This document shows positions 42,249 through 53,346 of a stretch of DNA of 64,000 nt, in pieces. The DNA is from Naegleria gruberi (Eukaryota): assembly GCA_000004985.1 (NCBI GenBank), contig GG738914.1, one strand, 5' to 3'. Below the pieces are notes generated by a model. The model saw only the letters and a program-made list of their open reading frames with translations, was not told where the DNA came from and did no database searches. The position numbers were made by a program, and so were the translations under genes. Each line of letters starts with the position of its first letter. The stretch's first letter is position 1.

Positions 42249-42619
42249 AGTCTACAAAATATTTTTGAGTTAAATATTTCTTGGAATAGAATTTTCAAGC
42301 AGTTCATCACTTTCGAATACACTTCATCTCCTATTACTGAGTTTGATACTTGCTCTGTTCAGAATCGTCCAAAATTATCAAACGAAACTTGTTTCAATAA
42401 TACGATGCACCCAAAATCGCATTTGTCTTAAAAATATTGAAAAAATCTTTAAAAAAATTTAATTGAAAAAAAATAGGGCCGAAACTGTGGACTCTTTCTC
42501 GATCGATATTGCTTTTGGAGTTGTAATTTTTCGACCATACGTAGATATTAATGTCTAGTTTTAGTGGTTAAAAATTGCAAAAGGTAGAATGCAAATTGAT
42601 CAAGAAAAAAGATAATGAC

Positions 42620-42690
42620 TGCGTCGACCGGGAATTGAACCCGGGTCACGGCGATGGCAACGCCGTATTCTACCACTAAACCATCGACGC
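42620..42690 (-). tRNA. tRNA-Gly (GCC)
   Basis: Reverse complement GCGTCGA TG GTTTAGTGGTAGAAT ACGGCG TTGCCAT CGCCGT GACCCGGGTTCAATTCCCGGTCGACGC A. It has a 7-bp acceptor, D arm, anticodon loop TTGCCAT (GCC), T arm GGTTCAATTCC and discriminator A. A downstream TTTTTT (plus 42605-42610) is a Pol III terminator. Confidence 0.85.
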
Positions 42691-42754
42691 TTCTTATAGT
42701 TACTCTAAAATGTTCAATATGGTCTGATTGGAAAGAACCGGATGGAGTTTGCTT

Positions 42755-43006
42755 TTATTTCTTTGCTGCTTGCATATCCTTTCTATATCTAGCACTAAAA
42801 ATCTCTGTTGTAATATCAAATGCTTGCGTGTAATTTGTTGCACAATTCATTAAACAATCCTTGTCGTTAGAGCCTAATTCCACACTTTTAAAATATCCTT
42901 TAAAACATTTATCAAAACAAACATCTATACTATCAAATCGGAATGTAAGAGCGAGGTTCTTCTCCACAGCATCTTGTCTTTTTGCAAACTCGCTGTTTTT
43001 AGACAT
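42755..43006 (-). CDS. small Tim (Tim8/Tim13-type) mitochondrial intermembrane-space chaperone
   Basis: 83 aa with the twin CX3C motif: DVCFDKCF and DCLMNCATNY separated by ~15 residues. Confidence 0.7.
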   Translation of the reverse strand: MSKNSEFAKRQDAVEKNLALTFRFDSIDVCFDKCFKGYFKSVELGSNDKDCLMNCATNYTQAFDITTEIFSARYRKDMQAAKK

Positions 43007-43553
43007 TTTTTATTATTAATATTAATTTTAATTAAATAATTTTGATTAAATACAGTTATCACAATAAGCAAATAAATTGACTTTAGAATATTGAAAATAA
43101 TTTAATTAGATTGAACTGTATTATGAATTTATTCAATTATTAATAATATTCCGAAGAATGAAATTTGACATTAACCACAAATGAAACGACCCATTCATAA
43201 TCATGTATCAAATAGTATCTTACTTCAAACACAGTTGAAATTCAAAAAACAATTCAAGAACCTGAAACAGGTGAATTTTCAAAATATTTTGTAAACTCAA
43301 TTCCAAAACTAGCCAATCACTTGAAAAATATCCATTCATCAGCATTTAGCCACATTTCCATTGGTTGGGCGCTGTTAATCACTAAGAATCTCTCAAAACC
43401 AAGCCAATGTCACCCTCCTACTATCCTCCATGATGCAAGTATTAGTTTCATCCATCTACCAATATCTAGTCCTTCGGGAAACAAGAACAAAAATTATTTA
43501 CTCCGAATTCAAAAATTGCAAAAAACAGTTTTTTATATGAAATTTAAAAAAAA

Positions 43554-44892
43554 ATGCTCAAATCAAGAGTCATTGCCTCACGTGTTTTAAAGAATAATAA
43601 TCAAAAATGCATCAAATTGATGGCCGGAACACAAAGATGTGTCTCCAGATCACCATTATTTGATTTTACCGAAGAAGAAGTCATGATGCGTAATCTTGTT
43701 CAAGACTTTTGTAAACAATCACTTCCGTGGGAGCTTGTTTCCAAGATGGACAAGGAATCAAAACTTGACCCAAAATTGTTGGATTCATTGTTTGAAGTTG
43801 GATTAATGGGTATTGAAATTCCAGAGGAATTTGGTGGCAGTGGAGCTAATTTTACTTCTTCAATTATTGCAATTGAAGAATTGGCCAAAGTTGATCCTTC
43901 AATTTCTGTCATTGTTGACGTTCAAAATACTTTGGTTAATAATTTGGTTCGTAATTATGGTAATAAGGAACAACAAGAAAAGTATTTGACTCTTCTTGCT
44001 ACTAAAGGTCTTGGATCTTTCTGTTTATCTGAAGCAAGCTCAGGTTCTGATGCATTCTCATTAAAGACCAAGGCTGAACTCCAATCTGATGGATCCTATG
44101 TTTTGAATGGTACCAAATGTTGGATTACCTCTTCACAAGAAGCATCTTTCTATATCGTTATGGCCAATACTGATTTCTCTAAGGGATACAAGGGTATTAC
44201 TGCCTTTTTGGTTGACAAGACTAATCCTGGTGTCAAGATTGGTAAGAAGGAAGATAAGCTCGGTATTAGGTATGTGTGTAATTTATTATTGAACTTGTTT
44301 TCTTAACACTTTTATTAGAGCTTCATCAACATGTGAAGTTATTTTGGAAGATTGTAAAGTTGGCCCAGAATCAATTCTTGGAGGTGTTGGTAAGGGTTAC
44401 AAGATTGCTATTGAAATGCTCAATGAAGGTAGAATTGGTATTGCTGCTCAAGTATGTATTTTATGATTTTGATTGTTGACATTTAATAAGATGATTGGTT
44501 TGGCTCAAGGTGTCTTTGATTACACAATGCCATACTTAAAGTCTCGTAAGCAATTTGGTACTCCAATTGCTGATTTCCAAATGATGGAATATCATTACAG
44601 TAAACTTGCTACTGAAATTGAAGCTGGTAGATTAATGGTTTATAATGCTGCCAGAATGAAGGAAGCTGGACAAGTATTTACTAAGGAAGCTGCTATGGCC
44701 AAGTTTTACACCTCAGAAGTTGCTGGAAATGTTGCAACCAAGTGTATTGAAATGTTGGGTGGTGTGGGATTCTGTCGTGATTTCAGTGCTGAGAAATATT
44801 ATAGAGATTGTATTATTGGTAAGATTTATGAAGGTACCAGTAATATCAACTTGGTCACCATTGCCAAACATGTAAAAAAGCAATACGATTAA
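43554..44892 (+). CDS. acyl-CoA dehydrogenase, short/branched-chain type (ACADSB-like), mitochondrial, 3 exons (43554-44269; 44319-44451; 44491-44892)
   Basis: Presequence [19 protein letters not shown]-domain [14 protein letters not shown]; middle beta-domain [28 protein letters not shown]. Introns are GTATGT...TTATTAG (49 nt) and GTATGT...AATAAG (39 nt), both frame-preserving. The C-terminal domain [18 protein letters not shown]...[28 protein letters not shown] resembles ACADSB ([28 protein letters not shown]). Confidence 0.85.
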
Positions 44893-44927
44893 TTTCTTAA
44901 TAAATTAATTTATTTTAATAAGTCAAT

Positions 44928-47900
44928 TTAAAACTTTGAGCTTCTACCAACCCAAATACCAATCAAGAAACAAATCAAACCCACAGCAACACTTCTACCA
45001 TCAAGAAGAGCCCTCATAAAGCCCATTCTACTGACAAATACCAAGAATGTGAATACAGTGGCAATACCGCTAAGAGTCATAATGGTGACTGCTCCAATAA
45101 CTGGAATACCACTTAATATTTTGATCAATAAAGAAAAGGCAATTACTGGCAATACTCTCATATGGGGAGTGTGAGAAAACTTGACAAATTCAACAACGAG
45201 CTTGCTAAATTCCAATTCCTTAAGCTTTGAAATTGAATTTTCAATGTGAGGCAAGTCATGAACAAAACACTTGAACAAGTATATGGCTGGGTATCCAAGA
45301 GTTGGAATTATAACGGAGAGTGCTGTAAATTTGGTAATTTGGTCTTCAACTCGTTTGTTAATGAATAATGAAATAGCAAAGGTTGCAACAGCACAGAAAA
45401 TAGAAAGGTAGAGACGAGAATAACTGATCTTAGTTGTTCTTTTTGGAGATGCTGCAATATCTGATGAATTCTTGAACTTGTCAAGCTGATTTTGGAAAGT
45501 TATAACCTCCTCATCATCACTCCAAGTATTGGTAGTCAAATATAAATAAATAGTAATACCAACAGCTTGAGAAACTTGAACATAAGCACCAAAATGACCT
45601 GATGTGGCACTAGGGAAGAACCATCTAATAATCCAATCAGTAAACATGGCTGTCATGGATGCACCAAATACCCAACGTAAGAATGCTCTCATACTCATCA
45701 TATTTGTCTTTTTGAATTGAGAAAAATCAGAAACGAGATCACTTGATACGTGACTAGCAATTTGTCCAAATACTACACCATTGAACACTAACATAAGCAT
45801 TGGATCTGTTGGATCCTTTGGATAGAGAGGGAATCCTTGGAAAATCAAATCACTCCACAATGCTAGGGCAAAGCACCAATGTTTCCAGAAAGTGGCCTTA
45901 ACCATGGTGCTAAGCATAATTGCTTTTTCTAAACCGTCCTTTGCTAATAAATCCAAAACTGGCTCCCATTCTGTACTCCAAATATCAGCTTGTTTACAAA
46001 CGTCTTCAGTTTCTCCAGACTTGACACCATAACTGATATCACAAGCTCTTAACATTTGAAGATCATTGGTACCATCACCCATGGCAAGAACATAATTTCT
46101 TCTGTGGAAGAACTTTTCATATAATGTTCTTGAGTGATAATGCTGAAGTAGTTTGACACACCACAATTTGAGACCTGGTGTAGATCTACAAAATACAATC
46201 GAGTTGACAAACTTGTTCTTCTTGTTCTTCATATTGATGAGGTCAAGCAACTTTTCAAATACAGGTCCCTTGAAATTGGATCCTTGAGAGGCATAGAGTG
46301 TTCTCATATATTCCATGCAAGATCTATCAAAAAAGAATGTAGATGGACCATTCATGGTTTCTTCATCAGCATTTTCAAGAGATTCCAATAATTCCCTTTC
46401 ATTAGATCCGCAAATATTAATATGGTTTGGCAGTGATAGATGGGTTGCAATTAGTTTAGCATTCTTATAAGAGTCTCCTGTACAGATGCAGAATTGTTTA
46501 CCGGCATGGGTCAATTGTTTGATGCCTTCTTTGACACCATCTCTATAACGATCGACCATGTAAGTAATGGAAGTCATTTTAATGTTCTTAAGAGCATCCT
46601 TAACAATTTCTAATTGTGTTTCAGTTTTCTTTTCATTATCCTTAATCATGAAACTGTCTCTCCAAGATGTCATGATTGTTTTAGCTTCTGACTCTGTAAT
46701 TTTCTTGATACCATGACTCCATGTTCTTGGAGCTCCCAATCCTAATTGGTCATCATTATCTTGAGATTGATGCATACTAGTCCACTTTTCAATTTTGTGA
46801 ATGGAAGATGGATGAGTTGTAATACCAGTTTCTCCTCTCCAAAACAATTCATCACCAGCTTGAACACTGACATAATATTCTCCAGTGTTAGCATCTTGAA
46901 CAAGACATGACTTGCACAAATATTCACGAGTGAATCCAAAGAATGAAATAATCTTTAAGTGATGTTTTTCTCTCTTTTCTGAGCATAAAGTTTCAAATTC
47001 CACAAAACCTGGTTCAATATCTTGAGAATCAATAGGCCAATGGGAAACAAGATTAGAGTATGGAGAGACCATTTTTCTGATAGCTCTTTCTTCTGGTTCT
47101 ACACCTGTAGTACTGAAAATAGCAAAGCAATTGTCCTTATGACATTTGGTAACCTCCATTTCACATTTTACATCATGTTCATAAATAATGTGATGTTCAT
47201 CAAAGTTGATTATATTATCTTCTTCATCAAGGAATAACATGGCATATTTTGGTTGCATCAAGTTGACTGTAAGAGTTCCTGTCTTGTCTGAAATGATACG
47301 ATTCACATAGGCAATTACATCAGATGCCAATGAATTGTTACACTTGACTCCACTTCTAAAGTTGAAAGATAATAAGTGACATACGGTGGTTCTTAATTGT
47401 TCCAAACCTTGAGGGACCATCATGTTAATGTACATAATTTGAGTAATCAAGACTTTTCCAAATGAATGTTCCTCATTACCTTCAACACCAAAGAATGAAC
47501 TGGCAATTGTGTTAACAATTGATAAGAAGAGCATGAGGGCTAAACTGATAAAGAATCCCTTTTGAGTATACTCTTGGAAAGGAGTTGCTTGTTTTGATGT
47601 GGTAGCTCCACTAGAGTGCAAAGCTTTTGTTTCAGTACCAGACCAAGCAACAATGCCTCTAATGGTAATCTTTTGATCTACAGAGGCAATCATGGAGTTG
47701 GCAAATACAATATAAGACTCATCCAGAATATATTTAGAGTTGACTGTAGCACTTCTTATAAGCAAGTTATCAATTTTGATTGTGTGTACAGATTCTGGAA
47801 GTAAGCATTTCTTAACTGGATCATTTTCACCAGTGACTGTAACTTCATTCATGTAGAGAATAGGCTTTCTTGAAGTTTTGAATTGAACATCAGTGTCTTC

Positions 47901-48818
47901 TACAATAATATCAGTCAAAATAAGGTCGGCAGGTAACTCTTCACCAATTCCAATTAAAACTTCATCACCACATTTTAATTGACCTCTTTGTTTCTCTCCA
48001 CCTGTTGCCATTCTTACTCTTCTCTCATTCTTTTCCTTATCAGTCTTCCACTTTGTCAATTGACTCTTAGTTTCAACAATTGCAATGAACAATGTAAAAA
48101 CTGCAAGTGGATAAAATGATTTACCAGTGTGAAAGACAAATAATTGAACAAAACTAATAATCAAGCACCAAATTTGAATTGGCTGAGAAAGGTAAACAAA
48201 GGTTGCATAAATAAAGCTGACAATGGTAATAGTTTGTGAATTTTGAATATCAAAGGTTGTTGTTGAAATGTAATTGGAATCTTCCGAAACTTGAGATGAA
48301 GATTTAGAATGAGTTTTACAACTATATCTTCTTCCACTACTTGTAGGAGAATCCAATATTTCAATTTCTCTACTTTTGTTTTGTAATTCATCCTTCTCTG
48401 TGTGATTCTTTCTCCAATCCAAAATGACCCAATAATTCAATAGGATCGGAATTAAGTGATTCATCACAATATAAGTCAAAATTGCAATAATTAAAGAAGC
48501 AAAGACAACAGGACCTCGTACAGTCTTGGTCTTTTCTGCTAACTTTCCTAAAGCTGGTTTGAAGGCTGTTTCAATGTGTCGACTCGAGTTTTTAAAAACA
48601 TTACTTTCCAATTGATTAACTGAAATCAAACTTGATATTTGGAAATCATCCAATTGAATGTAATAAAAGCAAGTGCATATGATGATAATATATACAACAA
48701 TGATTAGATAATATTGTGATTTGATGAAGGGAAAATTTGAGGAAGCATGAAATCCTCCCTTTCCAGTTGGACCCATCTGAGAGGGTGAGGAGAGTATCTC
48801 CTGATGATGAGTATGCAT
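44928..48818 (-). CDS. P-type ATPase, P4 (phospholipid flippase)-like but with atypical motifs
   Basis: 1296-aa single ORF, with ~10 predicted TM helices by eye. SDKTGTLTVNLM (P4-like DKTGTLTxNxM), MGDGTNDLQMLRACDISYGV (GDGxND), ICTGD and EELPADLILTDII (P4-like PADlllL) are present. The P4 A-domain DGETNLK is not seen (EDTDVQFKT instead). Confidence 0.7.
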   Translation of the reverse strand: MHTHHQEILSSPSQMGPTGKGGFHASSNFPFIKSQYYLIIVVYIIIICTCFYYIQLDDFQISSLISVNQLESNVFKNSSRHIETAFKPALGKLAEKTKTVRGPVVFASLIIAILTYIVMNHLIPILLNYWVILDWRKNHTEKDELQNKSREIEILDSPTSSGRRYSCKTHSKSSSQVSEDSNYISTTTFDIQNSQTITIVSFIYATFVYLSQPIQIWCLIISFVQLFVFHTGKSFYPLAVFTLFIAIVETKSQLTKWKTDKEKNERRVRMATGGEKQRGQLKCGDEVLIGIGEELPADLILTDIIVEDTDVQFKTSRKPILYMNEVTVTGENDPVKKCLLPESVHTIKIDNLLIRSATVNSKYILDESYIVFANSMIASVDQKITIRGIVAWSGTETKALHSSGATTSKQATPFQEYTQKGFFISLALMLFLSIVNTIASSFFGVEGNEEHSFGKVLITQIMYINMMVPQGLEQLRTTVCHLLSFNFRSGVKCNNSLASDVIAYVNRIISDKTGTLTVNLMQPKYAMLFLDEEDNIINFDEHHIIYEHDVKCEMEVTKCHKDNCFAIFSTTGVEPEERAIRKMVSPYSNLVSHWPIDSQDIEPGFVEFETLCSEKREKHHLKIISFFGFTREYLCKSCLVQDANTGEYYVSVQAGDELFWRGETGITTHPSSIHKIEKWTSMHQSQDNDDQLGLGAPRTWSHGIKKITESEAKTIMTSWRDSFMIKDNEKKTETQLEIVKDALKNIKMTSITYMVDRYRDGVKEGIKQLTHAGKQFCICTGDSYKNAKLIATHLSLPNHINICGSNERELLESLENADEETMNGPSTFFFDRSCMEYMRTLYASQGSNFKGPVFEKLLDLINMKNKKNKFVNSIVFCRSTPGLKLWCVKLLQHYHSRTLYEKFFHRRNYVLAMGDGTNDLQMLRACDISYGVKSGETEDVCKQADIWSTEWEPVLDLLAKDGLEKAIMLSTMVKATFWKHWCFALALWSDLIFQGFPLYPKDPTDPMLMLVFNGVVFGQIASHVSSDLVSDFSQFKKTNMMSMRAFLRWVFGASMTAMFTDWIIRWFFPSATSGHFGAYVQVSQAVGITIYLYLTTNTWSDDEEVITFQNQLDKFKNSSDIAASPKRTTKISYSRLYLSIFCAVATFAISLFINKRVEDQITKFTALSVIIPTLGYPAIYLFKCFVHDLPHIENSISKLKELEFSKLVVEFVKFSHTPHMRVLPVIAFSLLIKILSGIPVIGAVTIMTLSGIATVFTFLVFVSRMGFMRALLDGRSVAVGLICFLIGIWVGRSSKF

Positions 48819-49131
48819 GAATGATTTTGGTGTTTTAATCCTACAAAAGATGGTTCAAGGAAGATGTGTTGAATGAATGGATAATCTTTTTTTAATTTGT
48901 TTTATTAATAAATGTTGTATTAATAATACTGAGTAACAAATTGCGTGTAAAACGTGTTCGGATGCTACTGTTCAATCACGTTCAATTTGTAGAATATCGG
49001 AGAAGAACAGATGATGACGATAATTTCAACGAACGAGGTTAAGAATTAACGACTTAAATTGTGTCATTAGACATGGCAAAACAAAAGGAATAATATTTAG
49101 AATTTTTGAATAGTTTAGTTTTTTAAATTAT

Positions 49132-49554
49132 TTAATCAGATTCAGATTCTTGCACAACAGCAGTATGGAGACCCTTGAAGGTTGGAACAATCTTGAAACC
49201 AACAATAACTTGGAACTTGTTGACCTTATCCCAGTCTTCGTGATTTGGGTTAGCCATTCTTCTCAAAATAAGTCTGACCTTCTTTGGTGGATTGTGGATA
49301 CCTTGATTCCAGACATACTTGTTCAATTCTGGGTCCAACTTGACTCTGGAGCAGTTCATGACCTTTCTGGCGTGGGACTTGATAGCACGGACAGCTCTAG
49401 CAGCTCTTCTTTGGATTGGCTTACCAACCAATTCTCTATGGAGATTGAAAGTGGATTCCAAAGCAACTTCGGATGGGAGCTTCTTCTTTGGTACGAAGGC
49501 CTTTCTCTTTGGCTTTTCAACAATGTTTGACATACTGACTTTTTTTTTCAACAA
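49132..49554 (-). CDS. RPL31: 60S ribosomal protein eL31
   Basis: EVALESTFNLHRELVGKPIQRRAARAVRAIKSHARKVMNCSRVKLDPELNKYVWNQGIHNPPKKVRLILRR...KFQVIVGFKIVPTFKGLHTAVVQ is colinear with eL31 ([71 protein letters not shown]...TFKNLQTVNV). The true start is probably the internal Met (MSNIVEK, ~49533). Confidence 0.85.
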   Translation of the reverse strand: MLKKKVSMSNIVEKPKRKAFVPKKKLPSEVALESTFNLHRELVGKPIQRRAARAVRAIKSHARKVMNCSRVKLDPELNKYVWNQGIHNPPKKVRLILRRMANPNHEDWDKVNKFQVIVGFKIVPTFKGLHTAVVQESESD

Positions 49555-49572
49555 ATTTTTTCAGAATTTTGG

Positions 49573-51303
49573 ATGACTACCAGGTATTGTTGTTTTACAA
49601 TGAGATTTTTTTCAGTCATTCTACGCAGCAAGTCAAAAAGAAAGCCATGTTGCCACATATTAATCCATCAACACATGACGGAAATTGTTCAACAACATTC
49701 TCTAGATAATAATCATGATGAAGTGATCAAATTCTACTCCATGAGTGGGTATCTTCTTTTAGTAGAACATCTTCTCTATATTGAACAAGAACAGGAACGA
49801 GAGGAAATTAAAAAGACTTCCCTCACAACAACAAACTTTCTCGAAACATCTAATACCAACAACAAACAATTAATAGATGAACACAAAAACATTCAAGCTT
49901 CCGAAACAACAGAGGACTTGCTAATAAGAATTGATTTAAGAGCAGAGAGAAATTCGCTTCCTAAATTTCTTCATCACTTTGAAGAGAATTGCTTGTTTGA
50001 TGGTTTTGAGTGGTTTCACCACTCTTTCCAGCCTTCTCCAACAATAACCTCGAATTCAAATAGGACGATGGATCCCATCAGTACCATCTTTTGTAGAAAT
50101 CCATCAAAGGAAGCTTTTCTAATGTTCCTACAGGAAAGAATTCATCAACATACCTACTCATCATCTTCAAACGGTTTGTTTAGTAAGAGATTGGACGTGG
50201 ACTCTATCAGAGAGTTACGAAACAAGTTTATAGAAAAGACTTTCCTCAAAGCTTCCTCATCGTCATCTTTAGAAGGTGGTGCTCGTGTTACCTTTCCATC
50301 ATCATTGAAAACAAGAGAAAAGAAGACTGACTTTCTCCTTCAAATTTGCAACATGACTATTGAGAATAATTTAAAGGATGAGAATGTAGCCAATTATTCG
50401 GACAAGTTTTTTGGTTCCTTTCTGAAATGTTCGTTGGCAACTCTTGAAGCTGCTGATAAAGTGTCTTTACCACTCTCCATTCAAGAAACTTCTGTGGAGA
50501 AGGATATTACCATTGCAAAGAGGATTATCGGAGCATGTTATAGAAATGTTCTAATTCTCTACTTTATTCAAATTATATTTGCTTCTGGTGTATCATCCAT
50601 TAGTCAGCAACAACAAGTGGAGAATCCTGACTCTTCATCCAGTTCAATTTTTCACTTCTCTAAAGAGTATAATATTCTGATGAAACAGATACTTTATGTG
50701 ACCTCCTTGATGAATGTAATTGTGAAAGAGTATGAACAAACAGATCAATCAAATGCTAATTATTCAAATTATAGGAATGTAGCTTTGAGAAATATTGTTT
50801 TGGAAATTTATGAAGAACAGGAGAGACAACACAAAACAAAAGTTAGGCAACCCTTGGAAAAATTGTTTCATCAACTTGTACATGAAAATTTGATGGAGAG
50901 TTATCTTTTCTTGTGCAAACAAGTTAAAAGACAAATGGAACTTCATGGATATGGTTCTAGTGGTGTGGAAATATTAACCAGAGATGTCTTGTGGTGGATT
51001 TTCAAAGTTTTCAATGCCATTAAAGTAATGGAAAAGAATGAAAAGGAAAAAATTTCCAAAGAGCAAGAACGAGCTGAGCTTTATCACCAAGTGAACTCAC
51101 CAATTCTCAATGACCAAAAAAGACTAAAGCTTATTGAGCTTATCTCACAAACAGAACCACCCAAAAGTATAGAACAAGTATTGGATAATCAAAAACTGGT
51201 TACTTTTTATTCAAGTCCAGAGTTTGAAGAAGATTTTCCTTTCGATCAAATTCTTTCCAATTATGAGGAAAATAAGAAGAAATCTAAGATTTCATTTCTT
51301 TAA
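49573..51303 (+). CDS. hypothetical protein (helical); start probably at the internal Met near 49677
   Basis: 576-aa ORF with coding-like composition. No family recognised. The first ~35 codons are Cys/Arg-rich and look like 5'UTR read-through. Confidence 0.4.
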   Translation: MTTRYCCFTMRFFSVILRSKSKRKPCCHILIHQHMTEIVQQHSLDNNHDEVIKFYSMSGYLLLVEHLLYIEQEQEREEIKKTSLTTTNFLETSNTNNKQLIDEHKNIQASETTEDLLIRIDLRAERNSLPKFLHHFEENCLFDGFEWFHHSFQPSPTITSNSNRTMDPISTIFCRNPSKEAFLMFLQERIHQHTYSSSSNGLFSKRLDVDSIRELRNKFIEKTFLKASSSSSLEGGARVTFPSSLKTREKKTDFLLQICNMTIENNLKDENVANYSDKFFGSFLKCSLATLEAADKVSLPLSIQETSVEKDITIAKRIIGACYRNVLILYFIQIIFASGVSSISQQQQVENPDSSSSSIFHFSKEYNILMKQILYVTSLMNVIVKEYEQTDQSNANYSNYRNVALRNIVLEIYEEQERQHKTKVRQPLEKLFHQLVHENLMESYLFLCKQVKRQMELHGYGSSGVEILTRDVLWWIFKVFNAIKVMEKNEKEKISKEQERAELYHQVNSPILNDQKRLKLIELISQTEPPKSIEQVLDNQKLVTFYSSPEFEEDFPFDQILSNYEENKKKSKISFL

Positions 51304-51307
51304 TAAA

Positions 51308-52816
51308 TTATTTCTTTGTGATACGATAGGATGAGCTTTCTTGTTTGATAATGGATTGGGTTGGAATATCAGCGAATCCAGCTTCTTTCAGAGCTTTCTT
51401 CATTGTGGTTGTAACACCAACTGGTAGATTGATGGGATTGACTTTTACCTTGGTTGTGGATCTTTGGTTAGCGATGTGTTCAACCAAGAGATGGAGTGGA
51501 ACTTGTTGAGTAGCTCTTTTGGAGGATGAGAGTTTGAAGAATCTTGTATCAGTAATATTCTCTCGAATCATTACTTGTTTAATTCTGTCTTGCAGGGTTG
51601 ACATTTTAGATTCTAAAAGTTTGTATTCGTCCTCAATTTCCTTTATAGAATCCTCAATATCAGTAATGTCTTTAGAGCTATCAGAAAATTCAGCTAGTGG
51701 AAGAAGGTATTCATTCTTACTGTCCTCTTCTTCAAGATCCTGTGGAGATTCCTCTGAATCTGCAGATCTGGCATTATACAAATATTTGAAATAGGACTGC
51801 AAGTGGAATGAATTGTCTTGATGAACAAGAATATTAATTAATAATTGATGCACTCCAAATAATGTAATGACATCTTGGGTTGCATATTCAACTTGAGTAG
51901 GTGACAGTGGTCTTTCGAACCAATCAGATTCTTGTAATTCCTTCTTGTTGGAGTATGTCAATAATTCCTTGATTTCCTCCAAGTTTCCAATGTCATTACT
52001 TGTCTGGGAGACATTATTGATATGGGAAATAATTCTACTTGTAAGATAATGAGAAAGAGTATCAAGCTTATAATTGGAAATTGGTAAAAGATGGTATGGA
52101 ATGTATTTGCTAGAAATTTCATGAGTACAGGATACATTTTTACAATAGGAAGCTCCTCCAAGGAATTTCAAATCAAAAGTCTTGTAGTGAAACACCTTTT
52201 CACATCTCTCATCAAACATAATATTATCTTCAAAGTAATCTAAAAGATCATCAGACATATCCAAAACATCTAAAATTACAATTTTCCCATTCGGCAGAGC
52301 ATCTCTAATTAATACACTTTCAATTTCTCGAATTACCTTATTATCAATGAATTGATCTACATTTTCCTCCTCAACATTTTCCACAGGTTTTAAAGTGTAT
52401 TCTCTCTTTTCCTCTAATAAATGTGAAATTGAAGGTGGAACAATCAAAGGATTGAATAATCTCAAAATTTGATCATTTACACGAGGACTAGAAACCACCA
52501 AACATTGAATACAGGAGAGACGTTCCGAGTTTGTTTTAAATCCACCAACTTCAGTATCCAAATAAAAGACAGTATGAACATTCGGATCATTTATCATTTC
52601 TTTCCATTCATCTATTTTCGCCTTGGCCTGTTTTTCATTGCTGATTAATTCCACAAATTTCTTCTTGTTGGATTTTGGAGGAGAAACATTGTCATTAATT
52701 AATTCTTCTTTGGAGGCAGAAGATAAATTATCTGATGATGGTGAAGAAATTTCTTCATTTTGATGGAAGATGGCTACTTTCATTTTTTTGTTATTTAAAT
52801 TTTGGCGGCAACCCAA
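51308..52816 (-). CDS. 3'-5' exonuclease domain protein (DEDDy family; RNase D/WRN-exo/Mut-7-like)
   Basis: 502 aa. Exo I VHTVFYLDTEVGG (DxE), a central H-x..D and Exo III YATQDVITLFGVH (YxxxD) have DnaQ-like spacing. The C-terminal part is an acidic coiled-coil. Confidence 0.6.
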   Translation of the reverse strand: MGCRQNLNNKKMKVAIFHQNEEISSPSSDNLSSASKEELINDNVSPPKSNKKKFVELISNEKQAKAKIDEWKEMINDPNVHTVFYLDTEVGGFKTNSERLSCIQCLVVSSPRVNDQILRLFNPLIVPPSISHLLEEKREYTLKPVENVEEENVDQFIDNKVIREIESVLIRDALPNGKIVILDVLDMSDDLLDYFEDNIMFDERCEKVFHYKTFDLKFLGGASYCKNVSCTHEISSKYIPYHLLPISNYKLDTLSHYLTSRIISHINNVSQTSNDIGNLEEIKELLTYSNKKELQESDWFERPLSPTQVEYATQDVITLFGVHQLLINILVHQDNSFHLQSYFKYLYNARSADSEESPQDLEEEDSKNEYLLPLAEFSDSSKDITDIEDSIKEIEDEYKLLESKMSTLQDRIKQVMIRENITDTRFFKLSSSKRATQQVPLHLLVEHIANQRSTTKVKVNPINLPVGVTTTMKKALKEAGFADIPTQSIIKQESSSYRITKK

Positions 52817-52846
52817 TTTTTTAACTCCAAGAAATGATTAAAAAGA

Positions 52847-52888
52847 TGGGGTCAGTGAGGATCGAACTCACTACCTTAGGATTATGAG
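52847..52888 (-). pseudogene. tRNA-Met(CAT)-like 3' half (truncated tRNA remnant)
   Basis: Reverse complement CTCATAA TCCTA AGGTA GTGAG TTCGATC CTCAC TGACCCC A. This is a canonical CAU anticodon loop, 3' anticodon stem, 5-nt variable loop, T arm and acceptor 3' strand with discriminator A, followed by TTTTT. No complementary 5' acceptor strand (GGGGTCA/GGGGTYR) or matching 5' anticodon stem is found upstream. Confidence 0.4.
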
Positions 52889-53346
52889 ATATACGGGTAG
52901 CCATTATTTTTCCATTGGGGATATTTATATTTGCCAGCAATGTTGGAAAGTTCATTGGAAATTATGTGTTGGATTTAGGAAATCCTCCTGACAGAGATTT
53001 ATTTTGAGCACTATTTATTGATTATAGCTATCAATACATCACCAAAGATTATCAAGATAGGATGGAGAGATCATTGTTGATAAAAATGTTGGAAAGATTT
53101 GTTAAAGAAGAGTATGGTTTTTCAATGGAGAATATCATCATGTTTGGTGATGATGAAACAAAAGGAAAATTACAAAAGAGAATCGAGACAAATTCTTTAA
53201 CAAAATACAATGACATTGAAGATTGGAATTCTCAAATATTAAAATGATTATTATATATCTTCATCATCTAATTATGATAAGAAGAGAGACCGAAAGAATT
53301 ATGAGAATACTAGCAATAATAATAGATCTTCATATGAAATCTTCAT

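Noticed and set aside
52847-52990. Full-length tRNA-Met gene
   Set aside because: I could not find a 5' acceptor strand (GGGGTCA or G-U variants) or a 5' anticodon-stem partner (TAGGA) within 150 nt upstream, with or without a canonical 37/38 intron. It is kept only as a 3'-half remnant.
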